DNA of 64,000 nucleotides from Candidatus Woesearchaeota archaeon (GTDB lineage: Archaea > Nanobdellota > Nanobdellia > Woesearchaeales > GW2011-AR9): the NCBI GenBank assembly GCA_018302605.1, contig JAGVZN010000010.1, positions 65,013 through 129,012 on the forward strand, given 5' to 3'. The notes under the pieces were generated by a model. The model saw only the letters and a list, made by a program, of their open reading frames with translations. It was not told the origin of the DNA and did not search any database. The position numbers and the translations under genes are program-made. Shown here piece by piece: positions 1 through 9,926 of this stretch. The first letter of the stretch is position 1, and each line of letters begins with the position of its first letter.

Positions 1-689
1 ATCGGATCCGCTTTGAGCATTTCCAAGCCAAAATGAGTGATGACGGCCAGACGCGGCTTAATCTGATTAATCAGTTTTATTGCCGTATCACTGTCTAAGT
101 TTGATCCCTGTGCTCGTTTTCCGGGATAGGGAACATTAAGGATAAGAACGTCCGTTCCAACCAGACTTTCCGTAAGTTGAGGAGTAAGCGAGGTGTCTCC
201 AGGGTAGCTTACGACAAAGCCAGGGCAGAACAACTTGAACCCGATTGCCGTCTGGTCAGTGTGTTCTACGGGCAGGGCGTGAATTTCTACGGACTCAAGA
301 GCGACTTTATGATTTTTTTCCATGGGGATGACTCGCTCGACGAGATTGTGATGATATCTAGTAATAAACGGATGGCTATTCTCTCCTGGCTGAAGAGTTG
401 ATTTGCTGCCGAGAATAACGCCCCGGCGTTCCAATCCCGAGTGTGTCATCGCTTCGATAACCAGATTGAGATCATTACAATGATTGATATGATTATGCGA
501 TACCAGAACAGCAGTCGTATTATGTGGATTGATGCCATACTCGTGCGCTTTCGGCAGTGCTCCCGGCCCGGGGTCAAGATGGAACTGAAAAGCATCGTCT
601 ATTCTTAGGATGATTCCTCCAGAAGAGCGGATATTTTTACTGGCAACAGCAGCACTGCCAGCCGTGCCGAGAAAGATGATTTGGGCCAC
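1..689 (-). CDS. MBL-fold metallo-hydrolase, partial (C-terminus lies beyond the window start)
   Basis: Minus-strand translation from GTG at 687-689 reads [12 protein letters not shown]...[13 protein letters not shown] (the HxHxDH zinc motif of the metallo-beta-lactamase fold) and stays open to position 1. It is absent from the ORF track because it runs off the window. Confidence 0.6.
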   Translation of the reverse strand, partial: MAQIIFLGTAGSAAVASKNIRSSGGIILRIDDAFQFHLDPGPGALPKAHEYGINPHNTTAVLVSHNHINHCNDLNLVIEAMTHSGLERRGVILGSKSTLQPGENSHPFITRYHHNLVERVIPMEKNHKVALESVEIHALPVEHTDQTAIGFKLFCPGFVVSYPGDTSLTPQLTESLVGTDVLILNVPYPGKRAQGSNLDSDTAIKLINQIKPRLAVITHFGLEMLKADP

Positions 690-802
690 GTGCTTTTTGA
701 AGAGAGTGGATTAATAAAGATTGTTGTGGTCTAAAGATACTAACCTCTTTTTTCATAATCTTTATAATAGGACTATCTCTTCGCAAGTCTGGTGAGCTAG
801 CT

Positions 803-2419
803 ATGTCCAATAATACAGTCCAACCAATATTCATTTTACCCGAAGATACAAAACGAACGACAGGAAGAGAAGCACAGCAGAATAACATTGCCGCCGCGAA
901 AGCGGTAGCCCAAGCCGTGCGCACAACGCTTGGCCCGAAGGGAATGGACAAGATGATCGTCGATTCTGTCGGAGACGTGGTCGTGACCAATGATGGGGTG
1001 ACTATCCTCAAAGAGATGCAGATAGAACATCCGGCTGCGAAGATGATCGTGGAGATCGCCAAAACACAGGAAGATTTGGTTGGTGATGGAACGACGACAG
1101 CGGTGGTCATCGCCGGCGAATTGCTGAAAAAAGCAGAAGAGCTTTTGGAGCAGAATATTCATCCCACCGTGTTGGCCAAAGGCTATCGCTTGGCCGAACG
1201 CGAAGCACAACGTTTATTGAAAACGATCGCCAAGCCGATCACGATCCACGACAAAGAGATGCTGCGGCAGATTGCCATGACTGCGATGACGGGCAAAGGC
1301 GCAGAACCCAATAAAGAGAATTTAGCTGACCTGCTCGTCGTGGCAGTTACCCGCGTGCTGGATCATGGTGTCGTTGATCTTGATAACATCAAAGTGGAGC
1401 GGGTTGTCGGGGAAAGCACGGAAAAAAGTGAATTAATCGAAGGAATTGTTCTGGATAAAGAACGCGTTCATTCGGCGATGCCTGAAAAGATAGAAAATGC
1501 CAAAGTGGCCCTGCTCGATGCTGCACTAGAAATCAAGAATACGGAAATCGATACAAAAATCCAGATCACTGATCCTTCACAATTAACTGCTTTTCTCGAT
1601 CAGGAAGAGCGGATATTGCGGGAGATGGTCGTTAAAATCAAGACGAGCGGAGCGAATGTCGTCTTCTGCCAGCGGGGAATTGATGACCTTGCCCAACATT
1701 TTCTGGCTAAAGAAAGTATTCTCGCGGCACGCCGCGTCAGGAAAAGTGACATGGAAAAATTAGTAAAAGCCACCGGTGCGAAGATTATCAGTTCCTGGAA
1801 AGAACTTTCTTCAACGGATCTTGGTTTTGCGGGAATCGTCCGTGAAGAAAAAGTTGGTGAGGAACGGATGCTCTTTATTGAAAGATGCACCAATCCTAAA
1901 GCGGTCACCTTGCTTGTCCGGGGGGGGACGGAACATGTTGCCGATGAGATCAAGAGAGCCGTCGCGGATGCGTTAGGAGATCTGGCCACGGCGATCAAGG
2001 ATGGGTTTGTCGTTGCTGGCGCCGGCGCAGTTGAAATGGAAATCGCGCGTGGCCTGCGGTACTATGCGCGCACGTTATCTGGACGGGAACAGTTGGCTGT
2101 ACAGGCGTTTGCGGAGACCTTGGAAGTCATCCCTCGCACTTTAGCAGAGAATGCCGGTCTCGATCCAATCGATGTCTTGACGAAACTACGCTCGGCGCAT
2201 GACCAGCAGCAGGTATGGGCGGGCATTGATGTGTTCTCCGGTGAGGTAATGGATGCCTGGTTGCAGGGAGTGTTGGAGCCGCTGAAAGTAAAGACATTGG
2301 CGTTGAAGAGCGCTACGGAAGTAGCTGAAATGATCTTACGGATCGACGATGTGATCATGGGCGGCAGCCAGAAACGGCAGCCGATGCCATCGCCTGGGGC
2401 AGGATTAGAAGGGATGTAA
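803..2419 (+). CDS. ths: thermosome subunit (group II chaperonin)
   Basis: 538-aa ORF with [18 protein letters not shown] and GDGTTTAVV motifs typical of CCT/thermosome. Confidence 0.95.
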   Translation: MSNNTVQPIFILPEDTKRTTGREAQQNNIAAAKAVAQAVRTTLGPKGMDKMIVDSVGDVVVTNDGVTILKEMQIEHPAAKMIVEIAKTQEDLVGDGTTTAVVIAGELLKKAEELLEQNIHPTVLAKGYRLAEREAQRLLKTIAKPITIHDKEMLRQIAMTAMTGKGAEPNKENLADLLVVAVTRVLDHGVVDLDNIKVERVVGESTEKSELIEGIVLDKERVHSAMPEKIENAKVALLDAALEIKNTEIDTKIQITDPSQLTAFLDQEERILREMVVKIKTSGANVVFCQRGIDDLAQHFLAKESILAARRVRKSDMEKLVKATGAKIISSWKELSSTDLGFAGIVREEKVGEERMLFIERCTNPKAVTLLVRGGTEHVADEIKRAVADALGDLATAIKDGFVVAGAGAVEMEIARGLRYYARTLSGREQLAVQAFAETLEVIPRTLAENAGLDPIDVLTKLRSAHDQQQVWAGIDVFSGEVMDAWLQGVLEPLKVKTLALKSATEVAEMILRIDDVIMGGSQKRQPMPSPGAGLEGM

Positions 2420-2466
2420 AAAGTTTTCCCTAAAAGCTTTTAAAGCTCGTTTCTTTTGCTCAGTTC

Positions 2467-3942
2467 ATGAATCCAGGAAATATCATCAGCCTGTTTCGCA
2501 TCGCCTGCCTGCCGGTGATGATTTATCTTCTCAACGCAGGATCGTTACAGGCTGTTTTCTGGGCTCTTGTTCTCTATGGCTTTGCTGTCTTTAGTGATGT
2601 GTTGGACGGAATCGTCGCCAAGAGGACAAAAGAGAAAAAAATAATCGGTTCGTTTATCGATCCCCTGGCGGATAAAGTACTCATTTTCGGCCTGCTTCTC
2701 TTTTTCGCTTGGGAAGGACAATTTTCGCTCACCATCTTTAGTATCCTGCTTATCCGAGATCTCTTGTCTTTAGTCTTTCGTTTTTTAGCCAGCCGCGAGG
2801 ATATTATCTTTCTTCCTCGAAAAGTATATGCAGTGGCTTTTACCAGCGGACAATTCTTTCTCGTCTTCAGCTTGCTGATGGAGAAAATGGTGGCTGCCGG
2901 ATCTCCGCGCCTGGCACAGCATCAGGCAGCACTTCATCTGCTCGTCTCGGCAGCAGCCGGTATTGTTGTCGTCCTGGCGTTCTGGTCGCTGCTGCATTCG
3001 TTCTTATTTTATGCGCGTGAAATCCGCAAAAAGAAGCATCTCTCAGCAACGGGGAAACAACAGCCTTTGCTGATCATCGCAAATCGAAGGGCACGGGGAT
3101 ATCACAACCTCTACCGCCGCCGGCTGTTGGATCTGTTTGCTCTGCGCCGGGGGGCAAGAGTCATCTTCTTCCCCCACCGGCAAAATATGTACGACGGGAT
3201 GGAACGTGAATGGGGGCAAGACCACAGAATCATTATCGCCGGGGGAGATGGTTCTTTTGAGAGCGCGTTGAATTATCCTCCACTCTTTGTCAAGACCATT
3301 GGCTTTTTTCCGTTGGGGGCGGGGAATGCATTCTATTCTTTTTTCTACAAAGGCAAGCGTTATGAATATCTGCGCTCGCGGTTTCCGTTTAAAGAGATTG
3401 ATCTTGATGTGGTCGAATTGGAATGGGCGGGTGGGAAGCGCCAGACCGTGTTTGTGAATATCGGGCTGGATGCTGATGTTATCCGTTACAGCCAGGACCG
3501 CACACAGCACGGGCTGCTTGATTACCTGCGTGGCTGCGGGCAGGCAATTCAGAAAGCGCAGAGCGGCTATGATTTCAGCGTCAAGATTGACGGGCGCAAA
3601 AAAGAATATAGCAACTGCTCGACGATGATCTTGGGTAAGATCCCTTATTTTGGCTACGGCATCCGCTCGCTAGTGGGAATGGTCAAGCCGGCGGACGGGA
3701 AAGTCTATGGTCTCGCTGTGGTTAACCGCCATTCCTCCTGGCTGAATAAGCCCTTGCGAGTCTGGTCGTTGATCGTGAGCATGTTTAATGTTGATATCCC
3801 TCCGTTGCTCTCGTTCAAAGGGAAAGAAATGCTGATTACCAGCCCAGTGCTTTTTCCGCTCCAGGCGGGGGGGGAGTTCTTAGGAGAGAGCACGTGGGTG
3901 CGGCTGCGAATTGTAAGGAAGCAGAAAGTATTGATCGTCTGA
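2467..3942 (+). CDS. fusion protein: N-terminal CDP-alcohol phosphatidyltransferase domain plus C-terminal diacylglycerol/lipid-kinase-like catalytic domain
   Basis: N-terminus has DVLDGIVAKR...GSFIDPLAD (a D-x2-DG...G-x3-D-x3-D motif) within a multi-TM region. C-terminal half has IIIAGGDGSFESALN, a GGDG kinase-type motif. Confidence 0.6.
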   Translation: MNPGNIISLFRIACLPVMIYLLNAGSLQAVFWALVLYGFAVFSDVLDGIVAKRTKEKKIIGSFIDPLADKVLIFGLLLFFAWEGQFSLTIFSILLIRDLLSLVFRFLASREDIIFLPRKVYAVAFTSGQFFLVFSLLMEKMVAAGSPRLAQHQAALHLLVSAAAGIVVVLAFWSLLHSFLFYAREIRKKKHLSATGKQQPLLIIANRRARGYHNLYRRRLLDLFALRRGARVIFFPHRQNMYDGMEREWGQDHRIIIAGGDGSFESALNYPPLFVKTIGFFPLGAGNAFYSFFYKGKRYEYLRSRFPFKEIDLDVVELEWAGGKRQTVFVNIGLDADVIRYSQDRTQHGLLDYLRGCGQAIQKAQSGYDFSVKIDGRKKEYSNCSTMILGKIPYFGYGIRSLVGMVKPADGKVYGLAVVNRHSSWLNKPLRVWSLIVSMFNVDIPPLLSFKGKEMLITSPVLFPLQAGGEFLGESTWVRLRIVRKQKVLIV

Positions 3943-4031
3943 CCATCTCTTTCTTGTACGTCTTGGCGAAACTAAATATGTACTCTTCCTCGAAAGATTT
4001 ATATAAAATATGTCAGTGTGGGTAGTTTGCG

Positions 4032-4125
4032 GCGGCTGTCGTATAACGGCTAGTATTTGGGACTGTGGAACCTTAGAGGTCGCAGCTATCCCGAGACGGG
4101 AGTTCGATTCTCCCCAGCCGCCCCA
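4032..4125 (+). tRNA. intron-containing tRNA; hand fold gives anticodon GTG (His-like, G-1 at 4031, C73 discriminator, CCA encoded)
   Basis: Acceptor gcggctg/cagccgc. D-stem gtat/gtat with GU pairs. Anticodon stem tggga/tcccg with loop ctgtgg followed by a ~19-nt insert. T-arm gggag-TTCGATT-ctccc. Confidence 0.5.
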
Positions 4126-4805
4126 TTTTCAATTTGTTGAGGTAAAATCATTATGGAAACAAGATACTTACAAGATAGATTCAGAGTTCAGGGAGGTGAA
4201 ACGCTGGTAGAGGAAGTAGAACGTATTTTGAGCTCGATAAGTCTTTCGTATGCCCTTTTCCGGTCAATCCACGTTCCTTTTGTTGATGTAACCGTCGTGA
4301 ATGGTTCTAGCTGTCACAGATCCGGAAATACCTATCTCCAACCAACAACTACTCTTATTTACGAGTACCCCGAAGGTTCGGTTGTCGGCCAATTTTTTCC
4401 AGAAAAACGCATACCCATGCGTGATGTGAATAATGTTGAAAGAGGACGTTGTGCTGGTCAGTTACTCTACCTCCATTTACCCCCACGGTTGACTGAGCTC
4501 ATTGATGATTCTCTGCCTTTGATACGAAGACAAGACCTCTGATTTGTTTGATACCCCGCCGCTTGCTGCGATTGGGATAGCCTCGGCCTAAAAAAGTTTA
4601 TTTTTCTTTTTTCTTTCAAAACATTTAAATAGAATCGGTGATTTTAAGTATCAATGATAACTCAAACCGGTAGTGATTGCCTTCATTGGCAGTACTGATT
4701 TAGCTAGTTATCAGAATATTCTTTTTGTTGAAAATTTAAGTGTAGATGGTTTGCTGTTCTCTAAACATCATCAGTAGGGCTTGTGCCCCTTAAGATTGTT
4801 TTTAT

Positions 4806-4900
4806 GGCCGCAGTAATGTCAATGGTAACATCGGAGACTGTGGTGAAGAGTTTTTCTTCTTGGAAATCTTCTGTTGCGGGTTCAATTCCCGCCTGCGGCC
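4806..4900 (+). tRNA. tRNA-His(GTG) with ~20-nt intron and genomically encoded G-1
   Basis: Acceptor gccgcag/ctgcggc, preceded by G-1 (4806) and followed by discriminator C (4900). D-arm atgt-caatggtaa-acat. Anticodon stem ggaga/tcttc with loop ctGTGgt. T-arm gcggg-TTCAATT-cccgc. Confidence 0.6.
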
Positions 4901-5072
4901 CTTTCGAATAAGTCAGCCGGACTAAAAGCGGCGGAGATTAACATGACCAAAAAAACAAAAGAAGATAGGACCAATTTAGGATTGCGAGCGGAGGCTAAGG
5001 TACAAGATAGTACTGATCGTCTTCATCGCTGAGGGCGATACCTCTTTTCAAATATTATCTACTGTAGCAAGG

Positions 5073-6404
5073 GTGAGCGGCGGAATTTACGACGGATTAC
5101 AACAGATAGTATCTCGTTGGCGAAAATTTAAAGGCCCATTCTATAGATTTAATGATCCCCTCGGCGTAAAAGAAGAAATAGCGATTGCGGAAGAATTCCT
5201 TAGTCCGTTATTACTTTGCGGGAAACCCGATTCGGTTGATATGAGGAGATGGTTTATCAAGTGTTTGAGTAACGATCAAACAGCATTTACCGGTTTCACG
5301 TCTTTGGTTGATCTTGTTGAAACTGATATGTTAGGATATGATGGCAAAATAAGATTATTGCCTTTGGCATCTTTTGTGGAACCATTTGCTGCAGAAAAAC
5401 TGGATAGTATTAATCGTGAAAAACTATTTGAAATTAAAGAAAGATTGGATACACTTGATTCCACCAGAATAGAAGAAATCAATAATCTATTGACGGAAGC
5501 AGAAGCACTTTGCCCAGTCAAAGCAGGCAGAAAGAAAGGCAAAAGTCCCATTTTCTTTTATGGTGTTTCAGATAAACCATTTCAACTGCCTAAACCGATA
5601 TATCAAAATTTAGTGGAGGCTGCAAAAGTGGCTTATAGGGCATTATATTCCACAACCGGCGAAACTTGCAGAAATATCTTCACTGGTTCTGTTGATTTCA
5701 TGCTTTGTGAAAATGGTATTTATTTGATTGATATTGGGACCCCGGCGGTTGGTTATGTTGCAGATATACTTGCTACCAGTCGGGCTTTAAGAAGAGTGCC
5801 TTCCGTTGGAATTGAAAAGATTGTTTCAACACTAGAAGGGAAAGTAACAATCCCCAAAAGTACCTATTCGAGAGAATTAGGATTCTTTAAACAAGAAAGA
5901 GAATATCTGGTCTCTGAACTAAGAAGAAGTGGTATTGTTGTTGAAGAAGTATCCGACGAGATAAATGAAGCCATAATTGATGGAAAGCCATTGCCGACGA
6001 AAGCATTTGACTATCTAAGCAGAAATCAACCTATCAGAAATCGGGTTCTTGCGGGCATTAGTGGAGACTTGTCTGCTTGTGGTGTTAAAATACCTGAGGG
6101 AATAGTATTACTACCGGATGATTTTGAATTGGCAAGATTTTATGAAAGATCTAGACTTGGTGAACAAGACTTAGGATTATTGATAAAAAAGAAAGTCTTT
6201 TTCAAAGAATATGAACATGGAAGCGGATATTTCAAGCCATTGGTAACACCAATCTGGAGTAGAGAGATTAGAGCAGACAGTAAACGAAGTAATCTTTTTG
6301 AGCAATTTGTACCGAGTTTATTAGATATTGATGTGGATGGAGATAGACCCGGAAAAAGGTGTTACGAAATCAGGATGTATTTTGTGGGAGGTGAGATCAA
6401 ATGA
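5073..6404 (+). CDS. hypothetical protein, possibly ATP-grasp-like
   Basis: 443-aa ORF with a GTG start in a lower-GC segment. The segment VDFMLCENGIYLIDIGTPAVGY resembles the C-terminal nucleotide/Mg-binding strand of ATP-grasp enzymes. No firm family assignment. Confidence 0.5.
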   Translation: MSGGIYDGLQQIVSRWRKFKGPFYRFNDPLGVKEEIAIAEEFLSPLLLCGKPDSVDMRRWFIKCLSNDQTAFTGFTSLVDLVETDMLGYDGKIRLLPLASFVEPFAAEKLDSINREKLFEIKERLDTLDSTRIEEINNLLTEAEALCPVKAGRKKGKSPIFFYGVSDKPFQLPKPIYQNLVEAAKVAYRALYSTTGETCRNIFTGSVDFMLCENGIYLIDIGTPAVGYVADILATSRALRRVPSVGIEKIVSTLEGKVTIPKSTYSRELGFFKQEREYLVSELRRSGIVVEEVSDEINEAIIDGKPLPTKAFDYLSRNQPIRNRVLAGISGDLSACGVKIPEGIVLLPDDFELARFYERSRLGEQDLGLLIKKKVFFKEYEHGSGYFKPLVTPIWSREIRADSKRSNLFEQFVPSLLDIDVDGDRPGKRCYEIRMYFVGGEIK

Positions 6405-6856
6405 TCAGGGGGATTATTTTTGATTTTAACCGTACTTTATACATTCCAGAAATTAAGAAAATACCAGAAGAGACTATCGAATTGCTCAAAAATCTAAAGA
6501 AACTTGGTTTTTCATTGGCTTTGATTAGTATCAAAGAAGCTGAACGAGAAGAGATTATAGAAGCATATAATCTATTTACTCTTTTTTCCATTTTAAAATT
6601 TGTAGACGAAAAAAATAGGGCGGTATTCCAAGAAGTATTAATGTCTCTAAAATGTTCTTCTGAAGAGGTTGTTGTAATCGGAGATCGGGTAAGGTCTGAG
6701 ATTAAAATTGCCAATGGAATGGGGATTAAAACTATTTGGTATAGACAGGGAAAATTTAGTAATGAACTCCCACAGGAGAAAGTGGAGCTTCCCAATTGGA
6801 CAATCGATTATTTACCCCAGATTAAAGATATTCTCTGCGGAGGTAGCACACAATGA
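6401..6856 (+). CDS. HAD-superfamily hydrolase-like protein
   Basis: Motif I-like IIFDFNRTL (second Asp replaced by Asn) and motif IV VVVIGDRVRSEI. Overlaps the upstream ORF by 4 nt. Confidence 0.5.
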   Translation: MIRGIIFDFNRTLYIPEIKKIPEETIELLKNLKKLGFSLALISIKEAEREEIIEAYNLFTLFSILKFVDEKNRAVFQEVLMSLKCSSEEVVVIGDRVRSEIKIANGMGIKTIWYRQGKFSNELPQEKVELPNWTIDYLPQIKDILCGGSTQ

Positions 6857-6906
6857 TAACTGAACAAACATATATAAATAAGAATAAACTAAACAGGGGA
6901 AGAACG

Positions 6907-8178
6907 ATGGAATTTCAAACAGCAAAAGGGGTGCGGGATGTGCCGCCGGAAGAGAAAATATTAAAGAACAAAGTAGTTGCCGTGATGACCAAGCAATTTG
7001 AACTTGCCGGTTTTGCGCCGTTAGAAACACCGATCCTGGAGAGGTATGAGACATTGGCTGCGAAATTTGCGGCAGGCGAGGCTTCCGATGCACTGAAAGA
7101 AATCTTTTCGCTGCAGGATCAGGGAAAAAGGAACCTGGCCCTGCGTTTTGACCTAACTGTGCCTTTATCACGTTATGTGGCGATGAACCCGACGTTAAAG
7201 ATGCCGTTCAAACGCTACGAAATCGGCCGGGTCTTTCGCGACGGACCAATCAAACTCGGACGTTATCGAGAGTTCTGGCAGTGCGACATTGACATCGTCG
7301 GCAGCAAATCGATGGTTGCCGAAGCTGAAATTCTCTCCGTGGTTGATGCAGTTTTCTCTAAATTAAACTTGCCGGTTGTGGTCAAAGTGAATAATCGCAA
7401 GATCCTGAACGGCATCCTTGAGCAGGCCGGCATTGTTCAGAAAGAAGAAGCAATCATCTCCATCGATAAGTTAGATAAGATCGGGGTAGCTGGTGTGTCT
7501 GCGGAATTGAAAGGGCGGGGGTATGCTCCAAAACAGGTTGATGCAGTCTTTGCCCTCGTCACGGAAAAAATATCCCTTTCCGAACTGAAAAAAAAGCTGA
7601 AGAGCAAAGAAGGTCAGGAAGGAATTCAGGAATTGGAAGAATTATTCTCCTATCTTACCGCTCGGGGAATAAAGTCGGGGCAATTCGATGTCTCGCTGGC
7701 CCGGGGATTGGCGTATTATACTGGAACCGTGTTTGAGGCGCGATTGAAGAGCGGTGAATTTACATCCTCTCTCGCCGGTGGAGGACGCTACGATAACATG
7801 ATCGGGAAGTTCATCGGCGGCGGCCGGGAAATCCCGGCCATGGGAATCGCTTTTGGCTTGGAGCCAATTATCGACGTTTTGAAGATGAAAGCGAAAGCAA
7901 AAGTGAAGACTCCGGCTAACGTGTTGGTATTGCCGATTAATACGGTTCGTGAATCGCTAGTGATTGCCCGTGATTTACGTGAAGCTGGAATTTCTACAGA
8001 TGTTGCGCTGCTCAAAGGCGTGACCAAGAACCTCCAATATGCTGCTGCTTTGGCGATTCCTTACGTGCTCATTGTTGGTGAGGATGAATTGAAACAGAAG
8101 AAAGTGCTCCTCCGGGATATGACCTCTGGGATGGAGCAGGTGCTTCCTCTTAAAGAAGTCATCAAGAAATTAACATGA
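6907..8178 (+). CDS. hisS: histidyl-tRNA synthetase
   Basis: MEFQTAKGVRD...RYEIGRVFRDGP...REFWQCDIDIVG class-II aaRS/HisRS motifs. Start chosen at the ATG at 6907 rather than the track's 6853. Confidence 0.9.
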   Translation: MEFQTAKGVRDVPPEEKILKNKVVAVMTKQFELAGFAPLETPILERYETLAAKFAAGEASDALKEIFSLQDQGKRNLALRFDLTVPLSRYVAMNPTLKMPFKRYEIGRVFRDGPIKLGRYREFWQCDIDIVGSKSMVAEAEILSVVDAVFSKLNLPVVVKVNNRKILNGILEQAGIVQKEEAIISIDKLDKIGVAGVSAELKGRGYAPKQVDAVFALVTEKISLSELKKKLKSKEGQEGIQELEELFSYLTARGIKSGQFDVSLARGLAYYTGTVFEARLKSGEFTSSLAGGGRYDNMIGKFIGGGREIPAMGIAFGLEPIIDVLKMKAKAKVKTPANVLVLPINTVRESLVIARDLREAGISTDVALLKGVTKNLQYAAALAIPYVLIVGEDELKQKKVLLRDMTSGMEQVLPLKEVIKKLT

Positions 8179-8351
8179 ACGCGCGGCATTTAAAAATCAT
8201 CGGATACGTCTTGGTCAGTGTTTTTGTCTTGAACATCTTGTTGTTTTCGCTGAGAATTATTTCTTCCAGCATTTTCTGGATCGTGCTGGTCCTGGGGGTG
8301 GGTTTTGTGTATTGGGGTTTGCCGAGAATAAAAAATCACCGTGATGCTTAA
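8175..8351 (+). CDS. small two-helix membrane protein (58 aa)
   Basis: Its ATG overlaps the hisS stop (ATGA at 8175-8178). It encodes MNARHLKIIGYVLVSVFVLNILLFSLRIISSSIFWIVLVLGVGFVYWGLPRIKNHRDA. It is below the ORF-track size cutoff. Confidence 0.35.
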   Translation: MNARHLKIIGYVLVSVFVLNILLFSLRIISSSIFWIVLVLGVGFVYWGLPRIKNHRDA

Positions 8352-8689
8352 CCAATCCTCTGCCTCAATTTTTCTTTTGTTCCAACAACACAATGCCCGA
8401 TCCATTGTCCTTCTGCGGACCACAATTGGACTGCCCGAAGAGTTGTATCTTTTACTATGTCACTGAGCGTTAGACCAATTATCTGTTGGAAAAGACTGGA
8501 GTGAATCTCTAATTCCATCCCTCTTGCCGCGAGAGGTTGATAATCCTGTTCTAAGCGGATGGTCAGGCATTCGTTACCCTCAGAGAGAGTGGTAATCGGA
8601 ACACTATAGCCGCTCCATCTTAAAGGAGATTCGTAAATCCCCAGATAATATTGTGGTGAAAACGGCAGTTCTAATTGGCTTGGTTCCAT
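8348..8689 (-). CDS. hypothetical protein
   Basis: 113-aa ORF with no recognisable motifs. It competes with the small plus-strand ORF at 8175-8351. Confidence 0.25.
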   Translation of the reverse strand: MEPSQLELPFSPQYYLGIYESPLRWSGYSVPITTLSEGNECLTIRLEQDYQPLAARGMELEIHSSLFQQIIGLTLSDIVKDTTLRAVQLWSAEGQWIGHCVVGTKEKLRQRIG

Positions 8690-8735
8690 GGTTAAAGCCA
8701 GGAGGAAAGCTGATTTAAAATACTTTCGCCGTCAG

Positions 8736-8905
8736 GTACGTATTAAGTCTGTGCTGGGCGGGTCAGCCTGCCTCCTCTCGCTTTGATTGTTTTCTTACAT
8801 CTTTTGAGAACTCTTTTCAGAGATGCGCGAGAATCTAACCTTTAGTCCAATAGCAACGCTCGGCAGGCCATCTTGACCCTGCCCACACAGACTTAACTTA
8901 ATACA
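8736..8905. repeat. ~170-nt element with ~25-bp terminal inverted repeats (MITE-like or structured RNA), copy A
   Basis: 5' GTACGTATTAAGTCTGTGCTGGGCGGGTCAGCCTGCC ... 3' GGCAGGCCATCTTGACCCTGCCCACACAGACTTAACTTAATAC. The arms are reverse complements. It is homologous to the copy at 60587-60742. Confidence 0.55.
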
Positions 8906-8918
8906 TTCGCTGTCGGAT

Positions 8919-9830
8919 TTACCATTGATCATCATCATGCCGTGTATACACGATCGTCTTCTTCCCGACAATCATCGAATGCTCAAACTGTGAAACTAAG
9001 CCGTTAGCAACTTCCACTAAAGGAGGATACGCATGCACGGATCCATTTTGCTGCAATTCACGCAGGCCGAAAGTGACTGCGCCTTTGCCTAATTTACGGG
9101 TCAGCCAGCGGGTGGTAAATGGCAGCCCTTGCAATGGCCTTACCTCTTCGAGGATTTTTCTGGCGTGCGGTGAACGCACACCTTTTTCCGTTTCCAGCAT
9201 GAAGATCGTTGACGGTGGTTTTTCTTTGATCAACCCTTTTCCGTTGGTGACAAATGGTTCGATGGCAATCTGCCAGTCTTCTTCTAATTCAGTCTTGTCT
9301 TTATTGTTGTAAGAGGGAATAGAGATGCCGTCGTGAACTTTGTAGCGTCCGATGGTATGGCCGCAGAGATTTTTGACAGTAGTGAAGCCCATTTTCTCGG
9401 CTTCAGAATACTGTGCTTCGCCTAACTCCCATAATTGTCGCCCTGGTTCAACAAGCTTGATCGCCGCTTTGAGCGCGTTTTGCGCCGCTTTGATCAGATC
9501 AGGATGTTTGTTTGCTTTTCCTACTTCAATGGTCATTGCGTTGTCGGCGATGTAGCCGTCAAGATGAACGCCGATGTCGATCTTGACCACATCTCCTTCT
9601 TTCATGACTGTTTTGTCTTCATCATCAGGACAGAAATGGGCAGAAGTTTCATTGAGCGCCATCTGGGCCCAGGCAATCTGGCCGCCAAATTGTTGGATTC
9701 TCTTCTCACAGAAATCCATCACTTCCAGCGCGGAAGCGCCGGGGATGGTCAGTTTGGCGGCGCCTTCCCGGCGGACTTGAGAAGCGATCTTACCTGCTTT
9801 GAGAATTTTCTGCAGTGTTTCGGGAGACAT
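8919..9830 (-). CDS. map: methionine aminopeptidase, type 2 (archaeal)
   Basis: 303 aa with KIDIGVHLDGYIADNA and GHTIGRYKVHDGISIP typical of MetAP2. Confidence 0.9.
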   Translation of the reverse strand: MSPETLQKILKAGKIASQVRREGAAKLTIPGASALEVMDFCEKRIQQFGGQIAWAQMALNETSAHFCPDDEDKTVMKEGDVVKIDIGVHLDGYIADNAMTIEVGKANKHPDLIKAAQNALKAAIKLVEPGRQLWELGEAQYSEAEKMGFTTVKNLCGHTIGRYKVHDGISIPSYNNKDKTELEEDWQIAIEPFVTNGKGLIKEKPPSTIFMLETEKGVRSPHARKILEEVRPLQGLPFTTRWLTRKLGKGAVTFGLRELQQNGSVHAYPPLVEVANGLVSQFEHSMIVGKKTIVYTRHDDDQW

Positions 9831-9926
9831 GGTTTTATTTCCGTTACTGTTCTTATAAACTTTCCGTCTCCCTGATTATTCTGAAAGATAGAAAATTATA
9901 TAAACACCTTCTGCCCGTGGATTAAT

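Noticed and set aside
637-1210. Minus-strand ORFs 637-1110 and 836-1210
   Set aside because: Entirely antisense to the well-supported thermosome gene (and the 5' part overlaps the MBL-fold gene in another frame). No motifs. Typical spurious antisense ORFs.
3043-3510. 155-aa minus-strand ORF
   Set aside because: Antisense inside the CDP-alcohol phosphatidyltransferase/kinase fusion gene with no support.
4153-4542. 129-aa plus-strand ORF between the two tRNA genes
   Set aside because: No start-codon context, no recognisable motif, and it lies in a compositionally odd spacer. Possibly real but not supportable.
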